Source: an uncultured delta proteobacterium (lineage in GTDB: Bacteria; Myxococcota_A; Polyangia; Fen-1088). Taken from it: a DNA stretch of 64,000 bases. Shown in pieces: positions 37,308 through 47,122 of the stretch; the first letter of the stretch is position 1; each line of letters starts with the position of its first letter. The stretch is from assembly GCA_963796685.1 (NCBI GenBank), contig CAWCMR010000015.1:224001-288000 (forward strand), read 5' to 3'. The notes beneath the pieces were generated by a model. It searched no databases. It worked only from the letters and a program-made list of their open reading frames with translations, and was not told the DNA's origin. A program made the translations under genes and the position numbers.

Positions 37308-38732
37308 ATGTTGCCCCTATCCAAAACGCTGAGCCAGCATGCCGAGGATTTTATCGACGACGCCCATTTGGAAAGGCTGGCCGGCGCCGCGGATCTGGTC
37401 GATGTGGGGCGCCTGCGCGGCGTCATCGCCAAGGCGCTCGACAAGCAGGCTTTGACCGTCGAGGAAACCGCGGTCCTTCTGCACGCCCGCGATCCGGAGC
37501 TGCGCGAGGAAGTGTTCGCGGCGGCGCGCGATCTCAAACAGCGCGTGTACGGCAACCGCATCGTCCTCTTCGCGCCGCTCTACCTCGGCAATCTGTGCGT
37601 GAACAACTGCGCCTACTGCGGCTTTCAGAGCAACAACAAGGACATGGTCCGACGTACGCTGGGCATGGAGGAGATCCGCCAGCAGGTGGTGGCCATGGAA
37701 AATCAGGGCCACAAGCGCCTCATCGTGGTGTTCGGCGAGCACCCGCGCTACGACGCCGACTTCATCGCCAGTTGCATCCGCGATATCTACGACGTGACGA
37801 GCGGGCACGGCGAGATCCGGCGCGCCAACGTGAACGCGGCCCCGTTCGACCACGCGGGTTTCAAGACCATCAAGGCCGCCGGCATCGGCACGTATCAGAT
37901 CTTCATGGAGACGTACCATCACAAGACCTACGCGCGCGTCCATCCCCACGGCACGCCGAAGGGCGACTACCTGTGGCGGCTCGATGCCCTGAGCCGCGCT
38001 TTCGAGGTGGGGCAGGACGACCTCGGCATCGGCGCGCTCTTCGGTCTGGCGAATTGGCGCTTCGATGTGCTCGGCCTGGTCAGCCATGCGGTCTTCCTGA
38101 AAGAGCGCTACGGCTGCGGGCCGCACACCATCAGCTTTCCGCGTTTGCGGCCCGCCTCTGGCGTGGATCTGGGGAACGAGAACCTGGTCGGCGACGAGGA
38201 CTTCAAATTCCTGATCGCGGTGCTGCGCCTGGCTGTGCCTTACACCGGGCTCATCCTCACCGCGCGCGAGACCGCCGATCTGCGCAAGAGCGCCATGGAA
38301 TTCGGCGTGTCCCAGATCGACGCCGGCTCGTGCGTCGAGCTGGGGGGCTACACCGAACAGACCTGCGGTCAGCGCATGGAGCGCGAGCAGTTCACGCTCG
38401 GCGACATGCGCCCGCTCGATACCGTCATTCGCGAGCTCACCGAGCAGGGGCACGTGCCCAGCTTCTGCACCGCCTGCTACCGCCTGGGCCGCACCGGCGA
38501 GCACTTCATGGAGTTCGCCATCCCCGGCTTCATCAAGCGCTTCTGCACGCCCAATGCCCTGACCACGTTCATGGAATACCTCGTCGACTACGCGACGCCG
38601 GAAACCGCCAAGTCCGGCTTGGCGCAGATTCAGGTCGAGCTCGACAAGCTGGAGGACTCGCCCATGAAGCAAACGTTGATCGAGCGGTTGGCCAAGGTGC
38701 GGGAGACCAACGAGCGGGACATGGTCTTCTAA
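37308..38732 (+). CDS. hydG: [FeFe]-hydrogenase H-cluster maturase HydG
   Basis: YGNRIVLFAPLY..N.CVNNCAYCGF radical SAM motif; GPHTISFPR; C-terminal PSFCTACYR.GRTG..FM...C.PNA. Confidence 0.95.
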   Translation: MLPLSKTLSQHAEDFIDDAHLERLAGAADLVDVGRLRGVIAKALDKQALTVEETAVLLHARDPELREEVFAAARDLKQRVYGNRIVLFAPLYLGNLCVNNCAYCGFQSNNKDMVRRTLGMEEIRQQVVAMENQGHKRLIVVFGEHPRYDADFIASCIRDIYDVTSGHGEIRRANVNAAPFDHAGFKTIKAAGIGTYQIFMETYHHKTYARVHPHGTPKGDYLWRLDALSRAFEVGQDDLGIGALFGLANWRFDVLGLVSHAVFLKERYGCGPHTISFPRLRPASGVDLGNENLVGDEDFKFLIAVLRLAVPYTGLILTARETADLRKSAMEFGVSQIDAGSCVELGGYTEQTCGQRMEREQFTLGDMRPLDTVIRELTEQGHVPSFCTACYRLGRTGEHFMEFAIPGFIKRFCTPNALTTFMEYLVDYATPETAKSGLAQIQVELDKLEDSPMKQTLIERLAKVRETNERDMVF

Positions 38733-38733
38733 G

Positions 38734-39891
38734 TCACAGCAGTTTGTCGTTCCACAGCTCGTCGAGGAATGTTCGCCAGGGGAGGCAACGGATGGAGCCT
38801 TGCTTGGTTTCGATGGGATCTTCGGAAACGAGAAAGAACTGGCGCAAGATTTTCTCTTCGGCGAGCGCGGTCAGCCCGCGGAGGTCGGAGGCTCCAACAT
38901 GCCGGGTGGCCTTGGTTTCGACAGCGAGGTGATCGCCGACGACGAAGTCGACCTCGTGGTCGGCGGTGGAGCGCCAATAGCGGAGCTCTTCATGACGGCG
39001 TCGGTAGCCGAGATAGGCCCGTAGCTCCATGGCGATCCATTGCTCGAAGCTGCGGCCGTAGAGGTCGGAATTGCGGTCGAGAGTGCGCGTTCCGCTGAGC
39101 GCGTGCGCGACGCCGGTGTCGAAGAAGTAGAACTTGGCGGTAGCAATGGCTTTCCGCTTCTTCGACTTGGTCCAGGCGGGAAGCAGAAACCCCACCAGGG
39201 TGTCTTCCAGGAGGAAATAGTGCTCGCGCACCGTGGCCGCGGGCAGACCGGCATCGTTGCCGATCTTGGCGAAGTTCAGCATCTGGCCGTTGGTCGAGGC
39301 CGCCGTGGTCAGGAATCGGGTGAAGGCCGGAAGACGGCGTACCAGGCCTTCTGCCTGGATCTCCTCGTGCAAGTAGGTTCGCACGTAGGCGTGCAACTCC
39401 TCCTCGGGCTCATCGCTCAGCACGACCGGAGGGAGGCCTCCATAGCGAAGAAATCTCGGCAGGTCGAACTTGGGGATCTCCGCGTAGGTCAAGGGATAGA
39501 GGTTCGCCGTCCAGGCGCGTCCACCAAGGAGGTTGGCGTGGCCGTGCCTGAGCTTGCGGGCGCTGCTCCCCGTGAGAACGAAGCGCATGCCACGCTCCTC
39601 GATCAACCGGTGGACTTCGTCGAGAATGTGCGGAATCTTCTGAACCTCGTCGATCACGATGGGCGCGGTCGCTGCCCGGCGGTCCGCATCGATCATCGCT
39701 TCAAGGAGGTTGGGGCTGGCGGAGAGCCGGAGAAAGAGATCGGAACGTAGGAGGTCGATGACGACCGCCTGGCCGCCGAGCTGTTGGCGGACGAGGAAGC
39801 TCTTCCCCGTCATGCGCGGTCCGAGGAGGAAGAAGGACTTCTTCTTGACCAGCGCGGCGAGATCCAGGGCCCGTCTGATGTTGGATATCAT
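38734..39891 (-). CDS. AAA ATPase (AAA_14) with DUF4143 domain
   Basis: GPRMTGKS, IDEVQK, LTGSSA, YGGLP, KFYFFDTG, EVDFV...ETK. Confidence 0.88.
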   Translation of the reverse strand: MISNIRRALDLAALVKKKSFFLLGPRMTGKSFLVRQQLGGQAVVIDLLRSDLFLRLSASPNLLEAMIDADRRAATAPIVIDEVQKIPHILDEVHRLIEERGMRFVLTGSSARKLRHGHANLLGGRAWTANLYPLTYAEIPKFDLPRFLRYGGLPPVVLSDEPEEELHAYVRTYLHEEIQAEGLVRRLPAFTRFLTTAASTNGQMLNFAKIGNDAGLPAATVREHYFLLEDTLVGFLLPAWTKSKKRKAIATAKFYFFDTGVAHALSGTRTLDRNSDLYGRSFEQWIAMELRAYLGYRRRHEELRYWRSTADHEVDFVVGDHLAVETKATRHVGASDLRGLTALAEEKILRQFFLVSEDPIETKQGSIRCLPWRTFLDELWNDKLL

Positions 39892-40017
39892 AGTTAATGA
39901 TTATGATGATAAACAGCGATAGCCACAATGGCTATATGGACGTTCGAGGTCCATCCGGAACGCGCCGGTTGCACCAGGTGGACGTCGCCGCGAAATCGGC
40001 TAAGGTCTTCGTGGACC

Positions 40018-40980
40018 ATGCGGAAGACAAGACGCTACGCCATCCTGGGCACGGGCGCGCTGGGGGGATTTTACGGCGCGCGACTTGCCCGCGCCGGAGC
40101 CGATGTGTGCTTCCTGCTGCGCGGCGATTTCGAGCACGTGCGCACGCACGGCTTAGTGATTGACTCGAAGGACGGCGACTTCACGTTGCCCTCGGTGCAG
40201 GCGTATCGCAATGTCCGCGAGATGCCCCCCTGCGATGTCGCCGTCGTGGCGCTCAAGGCCACGCAGAATCACTTGCTGCCCTCGCTGTTGCCGCCCGTGC
40301 TGGCCGACGATGGCGTGGTGTTGTTGATGCAGAACGGGCTGGGCGGCGAGAAGGAGGCGGCACGGGCGGCGCCCGGGCACGCGGTGCTGGCGGGGCTGTG
40401 CTTCTTGTGCTCGAACAAGGTCGGGCCGGGCCACATCCGCCATCTCGACTACGGCACCGTGCGCTTCGCCGCCTACTCGACCAGCGGGGAAACCGCCGAG
40501 ACCGCCGAGGTGAGGGAGCGCATGCAGGGGATCGCCAAGGATTTCGCCGATGCCGGCCTCCAAGTCGACATCAAGGACGACCTCCTGCTGGCGCGCTGGC
40601 AGAAGCTGGTGTGGAACGTGCCCATGAGCGGTCTTTCGGTGGTGCTGGACGCGAATACGCAGGCGCTGATGGCAGACCCGCATACGCGAGCCCTGGCCGA
40701 GGACATCATGCGCGAGGTGGTGGCGGGGGCGCGGGCCTGCGGCCGGGCCATCCACGATAGCTTCGTGCGGAAGATGCTCGACATGACCCTGGCCATGCCA
40801 CCCTATCGGGCCAGCATGAAGATCGATTTCGACGAGGGTAAACCCATGGAGGTCGAAGCCATCTACGGCAATCCTCTGCGCGCTGCCCGTCAGGCCGGGG
40901 CCGCTCTTCCGCTCATCGAAACGCTCTACCGGCAGCTCAAGTTCCTCGATGCGCGGACGACGAAACCCAAGCCGGGGTAG
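40018..40980 (+). CDS. panE: 2-dehydropantoate 2-reductase (ApbA/PanE family)
   Basis: GTGALGGFYG, QNGLG, W.KL.WN, SM..D...G...E.EAI.G. Confidence 0.85.
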   Translation: MRKTRRYAILGTGALGGFYGARLARAGADVCFLLRGDFEHVRTHGLVIDSKDGDFTLPSVQAYRNVREMPPCDVAVVALKATQNHLLPSLLPPVLADDGVVLLMQNGLGGEKEAARAAPGHAVLAGLCFLCSNKVGPGHIRHLDYGTVRFAAYSTSGETAETAEVRERMQGIAKDFADAGLQVDIKDDLLLARWQKLVWNVPMSGLSVVLDANTQALMADPHTRALAEDIMREVVAGARACGRAIHDSFVRKMLDMTLAMPPYRASMKIDFDEGKPMEVEAIYGNPLRAARQAGAALPLIETLYRQLKFLDARTTKPKPG

Positions 40981-41016
40981 TCGCGGAGCGAAGGCGCGCG
41001 TGCTAGAGCCTAGGCA

Positions 41017-41991
41017 ATGAGCTCCCCGTCGATCCTTCGTATCGAGCAGGATGCGGTGGCCTTCTTTCTCGACTTGCAAGACAAGATGGTCGCCGGATTG
41101 CAGGCGCTCGATGGCCGCCCTTTTCGCGAGGACGCTTGGCAGCGGCCGGGCGGCGGGGGAGGGCGGTCGCGCGTGCTTGCGGACGGTGGCTTGTTCGAGA
41201 AGGCGGGGGTGAATTTCTCGGACGTGCACGGCAGCATGCGACCGGAGCTGGCGCGCAGCTTGCCGGGTGACGGCGCCGAGTTTCGCGCCACCGGGATCTC
41301 GCTGGTGTTGCATCCGTGCAGCCCGCGCGTGCCCACGGTGCACGCCAATCTGCGCTTCATCAGACGGGGAAGCGCGGCCTGGTTCGGCGGCGGTACGGAT
41401 CTCACGCCCTACTACGTGGTGGCCGAGGACGCGCGGCTGTTTCATCGCAGTCTCGAGGCGATCTGCGCTCGCCACGAGCCCGGCCTGTACCCGCGTTTCA
41501 AGGGCTGGTGCGATCGGTATTTCTTTCTTCCCCACCGCAATGAGCCGCGCGGGGTCGGAGGCATCTTCTTCGACTATCTCGGCGCGGGCGCGGAGGCTGC
41601 CGCCGGCGAACCGCTGCCGCCCTCGACCACCGGGCTCGAAACCGATGTGGCGAAGGTGTTCGCCTTCGTGCGCGACCTCGGGGAGCACATGCTGGATGCA
41701 TACACCACCATTGTCGGGCGCCGCCGCGAGGAGACCTGGGGCGAGCGCGAGCGAGAATGGCAGCTGCTCCGGCGCGGGCGCTACGTCGAATTCAACCTGG
41801 TCTACGACCGGGGAACCCTGTTCGGCCTGCGCACCGACGGCCGCACCGAATCGATTCTGATGTCGTTGCCCCCCGAGGTGAAATGGCGATACGGCGCCGT
41901 TCCCGAGGCCGGCTCTCCCGAAGCGCGTTCGCTGGAGGCCATCTGTGCGCGGCGCGACTGGGCGCGGGAAGAACGGGAAGAAGTCGAATAG
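41017..41991 (+). CDS. hemF: Oxygen-dependent coproporphyrinogen III oxidase
   Basis: [64 protein letters not shown]. Confidence 0.95.
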   Translation: MSSPSILRIEQDAVAFFLDLQDKMVAGLQALDGRPFREDAWQRPGGGGGRSRVLADGGLFEKAGVNFSDVHGSMRPELARSLPGDGAEFRATGISLVLHPCSPRVPTVHANLRFIRRGSAAWFGGGTDLTPYYVVAEDARLFHRSLEAICARHEPGLYPRFKGWCDRYFFLPHRNEPRGVGGIFFDYLGAGAEAAAGEPLPPSTTGLETDVAKVFAFVRDLGEHMLDAYTTIVGRRREETWGEREREWQLLRRGRYVEFNLVYDRGTLFGLRTDGRTESILMSLPPEVKWRYGAVPEAGSPEARSLEAICARRDWAREEREEVE

Positions 41992-42037
41992 TTGCACGCT
42001 CGACTTGACGGGCGGCCATTCTCGTCGCACCCTAGAG

Positions 42038-42109
42038 ATGCTCATGCGGTCGATTGCTCAGCTTCTCGCTCTCTCGGTGCTGCTCCTTAGCGGCGCGAGA
42101 GAGGTCTGA
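42038..42109 (+). CDS. Leucine-rich leader peptide (leuL-like)
   Basis: MLMRSIAQLLALSVLLLSGAREV* (7 Leu in 23 aa, including LLL) just upstream of leuA. Not in the ORF track. Confidence 0.8.
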   Translation: MLMRSIAQLLALSVLLLSGAREV

Positions 42110-42123
42110 GCGCGATCGCTTCC

Positions 42124-42164
42124 ACCAAACCCTCTCTCGCGGAAATCCCGGAGAGGGTTTTGGT
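42124..42164 (+). terminator. Attenuator terminator hairpin of the leuA leader
   Basis: AAACCCTCTC...GAGAGGGTTTT. Its 5' arm CCTCTCTCGC is also complementary to GCGAGAGAGG at the end of the leader (antiterminator). Confidence 0.8.
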
Positions 42165-42217
42165 GTATTTGGACCCAAGGCTGTCTCCGGCAAACCCAAA
42201 GCAAAAGGAGACGCCCG

Positions 42218-43876
42218 ATGTTCGATGCACGGAAATATCGCCCCAATTCGGTACCCACGCTCTCGCAAAGGACCTGGCCGGAGCGCACGCTCGCGCGTCC
42301 GCCCATCTGGTGCAGCGTGGATCTGCGCGATGGCAACCAAGCCCTGGTCGAGCCCATGGGGCAGGAGCGCAAGCTGCGCATGTTCGAGAAGCTGGTAGCG
42401 GTTGGCTTCACGGAGATCGAGGTCGGCTTTCCCGCTGCTTCCCAGACCGACTTCGATTTCGTCCGCTTGCTCATCGATGAACGGCGCATTCCGAGCCACG
42501 TCACCATCCAGGTGCTGACCCAGGCGCGCGAAGGCCTGATTCGACGTACCCTGGAATCGCTGCGGGGCACCCGGCGGGCCATCGTCCATCTCTACAATTC
42601 GACCAACCCGGTGCAACGCAAGGTCGTGTTCGGCATGAGCCGCGAGCAAGTGCGCGCTCTGGCCGTGCAAGGGACGAAATGGGTTCAAACCCTGGCCGCC
42701 GCCATGCCTGAAACCGAGATCGTGCTCGAGTACTCGCCCGAGAGCTTCAGCATGACCGAGCTGGATTTCGCCGTCGAGGTGGTGGACGCTGTCGTGGACG
42801 CCTGGGATCCGAGCCCGCTGCGCAAGATGATCGTCAATCTGCCCTCGACGGTCGAGTCCTCGACGCCCAACGTGTACGCCGACCAGATCGAGTGGATGGG
42901 CACGCACGTCGCGCGACGGAAGGATGTGGTGCTGAGCGTGCACACGCACAACGATCGCGGCTGCGCGGTGGCGGCCGCCGAATTGGCCATGCTGGCCGGC
43001 GCGGAGCGCGTGGAGGGAACGCTGTTCGGGAACGGCGAGCGCACCGGCAATGCCGATGTCGTCACCTTGGCGATGAATCTGTACGCGCAGGGCGTGGCGC
43101 CGGGGCTGGATTTCTCGGACCTGCCGTCGCTGGTCGAAACCTTCCAGGTCTGCAACCAGATGCCGGTGCCGGCCCGCCACCCCTACGCGGGCGAGCTGGT
43201 GTTCACCGCCTTTTCGGGCTCGCACCAGGACGCCATCGCCAAGGGGCTGGCGACGCGCGCCCGCGAAGGTGCGACCATCTGGGAGGTGCCGTACCTGCCC
43301 GTGGATCCCTCGGATGTAGGACGGGCCTACGAGCCACTCATCCGCATCAACAGCCAGTCGGGCAAGAGCGGCGTGAGCTACGTCGTGGAGCAGGGCTACG
43401 GCTACCGCGTACCCAAGGAACTGGCCGTCGAGCTGAGCCGAGTCGTGCAAGAGGCAGCCGACGCAAGCGGCAAGGAGCTGGCGCCCGATGTGATCTTCGC
43501 CATCTTCGAGCGTACCTACCTCGACGCGACCGGGCGGCTGGTCCTGCTCGACTACGAGGTTCAGCACCCGGCTCCCGACCGCTGCCACCTGGCCGCCAAG
43601 ATCCGCGACGGCGAAGCCACCGTGGTCGCGACCGGCGAGGGCAAGGGCGCCATCGAAGCCTTCGTGCACGCGCTCGAGACGGTGCGCAAGATGCCATTGC
43701 AAGTCGCCGATTACAGCGAGCATGCGCTCGGTGCGGGCAGCGACGCGGAGGCCGTGGCCTACGTAAAGGTGGCCGCGCCCGGGCGAGCACCAGCCTGGGG
43801 CGCCGGCCGCGATCGCGACATCGTGACCGCCTCGCTGCGTGCCGTGGTGCGGGCTGTGAATCGACTCGGGCTGTGA
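42218..43876 (+). CDS. leuA: 2-isopropylmalate synthase (yeast/actinobacterial-type LeuA)
   Basis: WCSVDLRDGNQAL, EIEVGFP.AS.TDF, HTHNDRG, GNGERTGN, SGSHQDAI, IRINSQSGK, regulatory domain YSEHA. Confidence 0.95.
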   Translation: MFDARKYRPNSVPTLSQRTWPERTLARPPIWCSVDLRDGNQALVEPMGQERKLRMFEKLVAVGFTEIEVGFPAASQTDFDFVRLLIDERRIPSHVTIQVLTQAREGLIRRTLESLRGTRRAIVHLYNSTNPVQRKVVFGMSREQVRALAVQGTKWVQTLAAAMPETEIVLEYSPESFSMTELDFAVEVVDAVVDAWDPSPLRKMIVNLPSTVESSTPNVYADQIEWMGTHVARRKDVVLSVHTHNDRGCAVAAAELAMLAGAERVEGTLFGNGERTGNADVVTLAMNLYAQGVAPGLDFSDLPSLVETFQVCNQMPVPARHPYAGELVFTAFSGSHQDAIAKGLATRAREGATIWEVPYLPVDPSDVGRAYEPLIRINSQSGKSGVSYVVEQGYGYRVPKELAVELSRVVQEAADASGKELAPDVIFAIFERTYLDATGRLVLLDYEVQHPAPDRCHLAAKIRDGEATVVATGEGKGAIEAFVHALETVRKMPLQVADYSEHALGAGSDAEAVAYVKVAAPGRAPAWGAGRDRDIVTASLRAVVRAVNRLGL

Positions 43877-43917
43877 ATCGACTCGGGCTGTGAATCGACT
43901 CGGGCTGTGAATCGACT
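43850..43917 (+). repeat. Perfect 17-bp tandem repeat x4 (CGGGCTGTGAATCGACT)
   Basis: Four exact copies at 43850, 43867, 43884 and 43901, spanning the leuA stop codon. Confidence 0.95.
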
Positions 43918-44075
43918 GTGTCAACCGAACGCGGCGTGCGTGTCGGGGACCTGCCGCGGCGTAGGAAGTCGATTCCTTCCAATCGATGAGCCGGTGTTTG
44001 GCCTTCGTGAGCACTACCACGTGCTCGCGATGCACTTCAGCGCCACGGCCGAGCAACAACAGGAAGGGAAAGTTC

Positions 44076-45715
44076 ATGAAAACCTCGCCATACCTACCGC
44101 TGGCAGCCATTTTGATGGTGGCTTGCTCAAATTCGACTGGAAGTCCGCAGCCCGGGACCGGCGGAAATGGTGCCGGTGGATTCGAGCTCCACCGGCGGTG
44201 CATCGTCTGGCGGGGTGATTGGCGCGGGTGGAAAGTCTGGTAGTGGCGGGGATTCGCAGCCAGGCGGCGTGTCCGGCTCGGGTGGCAGGGTGGAGACCGG
44301 CGGGGCTCAAGGTGGAGGAGGCGCCAACCCAGGTACGGGCGGTTCGGGTACCGGCGGAGCGTCCAAGAGCGGTTCGGGGGGCTCGGGTGCTGGCGGCGTG
44401 TCAACCTCGGGTGCGGGTGGTTCGGGTGCAGGCGGTGCGTCCAACCCGGGTTCGGGCGGTGGCAAGACCGACGGCGGGTCCAACCCGGGCTCGGGCGGTG
44501 CCAATACCGACGGCGGGTCGAATCCCGGTTCGGGCGGCACAGGCACCGGCGGTGGGTCCAACCCGGCTTCGGGTGGAGTAGGAGGCGGCTCCAATCCCGC
44601 CGAGAACAGCGGTGCCTCCTGCAATGCGACTTCCGCCGCCCTCCTGTCGGCAGACTATGCCAAGCTACCCAATCCATTCACCATGCACGATGGAACCGCC
44701 ATCACCACCAAGGCGCAATGGGAATGCAGAAGGAACGAGATCCTTCAGGATATATACAAGTACGAAATCGGTCCCAAACCGGATCCGTCGGAGACAACTG
44801 TTGCGGCCACGCTTTCCGGCTCCAACCTGAGCGTCAAAGTGACATCGAGCTCGGGCTCCCTCACGATCAAGTCGGCGGTCTCTGGCAGTGGCAGTTGTGT
44901 GGTTATCGCTACGGATATGGACCTGGGCATCATAACCGGCTGCACCAAGCTCACATTCTCGACCAACGACGTGATCCCCTACAACAATGGCAGCGGCTCG
45001 CAAAGCCAATCCGATCCCTTCTACAAAGTGTTTCCGTCATTGTGGGGAAAGATCGGAAACTACACCGCCTGGTCCTGGGGTGTCAGTCGCATGATCGACG
45101 GTCTTGATCAGGTGAAAGATCAGCTCAAGATCGACATGACCAAGATCGCCACGCACGGCTGCTCGTACGCTGGAAAGATGTCCCTGTTTGCCGGGGCGCT
45201 CGATGAGCGCGTCGCGTTGGTCGTCGTGGAGGAATCAGGTGGTGGCGGCATCGACGCCTGGAGAGCGTCGGCGGACTTCACCAAGCGCACGGGCGTGAGC
45301 GTCGAAAAGATCGACAACACCAACTATGCTTGGTTCATGTCCAGCATGAAGAGCCTGGACCCCTACAAGCTGCCCCACGATCATCACGAGCTGCATTGCG
45401 GCGATTGCTCCCCGAGCCACCATCATCTTGGGAAACCCCGGCTATCAATGGTTGGGTGACGAATCCGGATACAAATCGACCATGGCCGCCGTGGAGGTTT
45501 TCAAAGCTCTGGGGGTCGCAGACAATATTGGCTACGATTTTACCGGCGGCCACGCCCACTGCTCGGCCCCCACGAGTCAAGTGAACAGTATCAATGCATT
45601 TGCCGACAAGTTCCTCAAGGGAAAGAGCACCAGCACCAGCGTGGCCATCAAGCCCTCCGATAGCTCATTCCAGTTGACCGCCGACTTCGACTGGACGACC
45701 CCGACTCTACAATAG
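44076..45715 (+). CDS. CE15 glucuronoyl esterase lipoprotein with Gly-rich linker; two frameshifts (~44181, ~45394)
   Basis: MVAC lipobox; LPNPF...W.CRR.EI...YEIG.KP, AWSWGVSR.ID.L, GCSYAGK nucleophile motif, ESGGGG...WR, LP.DHHELIA.IAPRA (after correction), H.HC. Confidence 0.88.
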
Positions 45716-45763
45716 GGTTCAGTCACTGAAAATCGCGAGAAACCCGAGACCGCTGGTCTCTCG

Positions 45764-47104
45764 ATGGCACGCAGACACCTCCTTCTCGCTGCTTTCGTTT
45801 TGGTCACGTCACCCGGCTGCGAGGGAGGTGCGTCCTCGGAGTACGGGAGCTGCCTTGAGCTCGCCGTGAGCAAGAACGAGGTGAGCTCCCGGATCCCAAC
45901 GGTCGGCGTGATCGAATGGTCCATGGCGGGGGGCAGCCCCTCGAGCTCCAAGATTGTCTACAAGCTGAAGAACGCTGCCAGCTCGATTTTGAACCAAGGT
46001 GGTGAGGCTCCGGTCAACCTCGGCAACCCCAACTATCGAACCCTGCTCCTCGGTCTCAAGCAATCCGAGGACTATTCGTTTCATATCGAAGCTGTCCGCA
46101 AGGGACGGACCTGCGTCAGCCCCGACTATGACCTCCCCACCACGGGCAGCTTCGCGACTTCGCCGTCCGTCACCATGGATGTGGCTCAAGCCGGCAAGCG
46201 AGAGCCTGGGTTCATCGTGACCAGCTCGGGAACCTTCGAGCCGAGCAGCGCCTTCATCATCGACGCCGATGGAGACGTTGTTTGGTACGTCGAAGCCCCC
46301 CTGAATCCCACGCGTGCGCAGATGGACTACGAGGGCGATACGATGTGGATGGTGGCCCTCAACCTGGACAATGGAGATGGGGAGGTGCGCTCCGTATCGA
46401 TGGACGGGGAGCAGGAGCAGAGGAATGTTCCAGGCCTCGAGCACGCGCACCATGACCTCACCGTGATGCCCGGGGGCAAGGTCGCCGTCCTCGTTTGGCG
46501 CGCTCCGGGCATCGATCCCGAGAGCGACCTCGTGGTTCGCTCGCCGGACGGCACGGTCAACACTCCCTTCACCATCGGGAGCAACCTCTACCTGTCGGAC
46601 ACGTTTCACGCCAACGCGATCCACTACGTCCCATTCGACGACAGCTTCACGATTGCGGATCGGAATCCGAACGTGTTCGTGAAAGTGAGCGCGGGTGGAA
46701 CCCCCGTGTGGCAACTTGGCGGCGTGTGCGACCAGGCGCCCACGGGCAACCAATGCGTCCCCCGGGATTGGCAGATCGTTCACGGTCACCACCTGCTCGA
46801 CGACGGGACGTTCCTGGCCTTCAACAATGACTACTTGGAGTCGTCGCATGTCTTCGAGCTCAAGCTGAGCGTCAGCCCCGGCGCGTTCGCCGCCACGTTG
46901 GTCAAGAACTACACCGGCAATCATTCGAGTAGCACCATGGGCGACGTGCAGCGCCTGCCGGGCGGCAACACCCTCGTTACCTATGCTACGGATGGAAAGA
47001 TTATCGAGCTCGATTCGAGCTGGAACGAAGTGCAGACGTTCTCGGCGCACATCGGCTACTCAAACTGGAGGCCGACGCTCTACGGCCCCCCGATCCGTAT
47101 GTGA
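45764..47104 (+). CDS. Arylsulfotransferase-like beta-propeller lipoprotein
   Basis: SPGC lipobox-like motif; HHD, FHANAI, VHGH, MGDVQRLPGGNTL, WR..LYGPP. Paralog of 14694-16436. Confidence 0.65.
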   Translation: MARRHLLLAAFVLVTSPGCEGGASSEYGSCLELAVSKNEVSSRIPTVGVIEWSMAGGSPSSSKIVYKLKNAASSILNQGGEAPVNLGNPNYRTLLLGLKQSEDYSFHIEAVRKGRTCVSPDYDLPTTGSFATSPSVTMDVAQAGKREPGFIVTSSGTFEPSSAFIIDADGDVVWYVEAPLNPTRAQMDYEGDTMWMVALNLDNGDGEVRSVSMDGEQEQRNVPGLEHAHHDLTVMPGGKVAVLVWRAPGIDPESDLVVRSPDGTVNTPFTIGSNLYLSDTFHANAIHYVPFDDSFTIADRNPNVFVKVSAGGTPVWQLGGVCDQAPTGNQCVPRDWQIVHGHHLLDDGTFLAFNNDYLESSHVFELKLSVSPGAFAATLVKNYTGNHSSSTMGDVQRLPGGNTLVTYATDGKIIELDSSWNEVQTFSAHIGYSNWRPTLYGPPIRM

Positions 47105-47122
47105 TCTCCGCGTTCGTTCTTG

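Noticed and set aside
38734-39891. Anti-phage defence system
   Set aside because: A lone AAA_14/DUF4143 gene with no partner genes or defence-island context; the claim cannot be supported from sequence alone.
43850-43917. CRISPR array
   Set aside because: The repeats are directly adjacent with no spacers, and there are no cas genes in the window.
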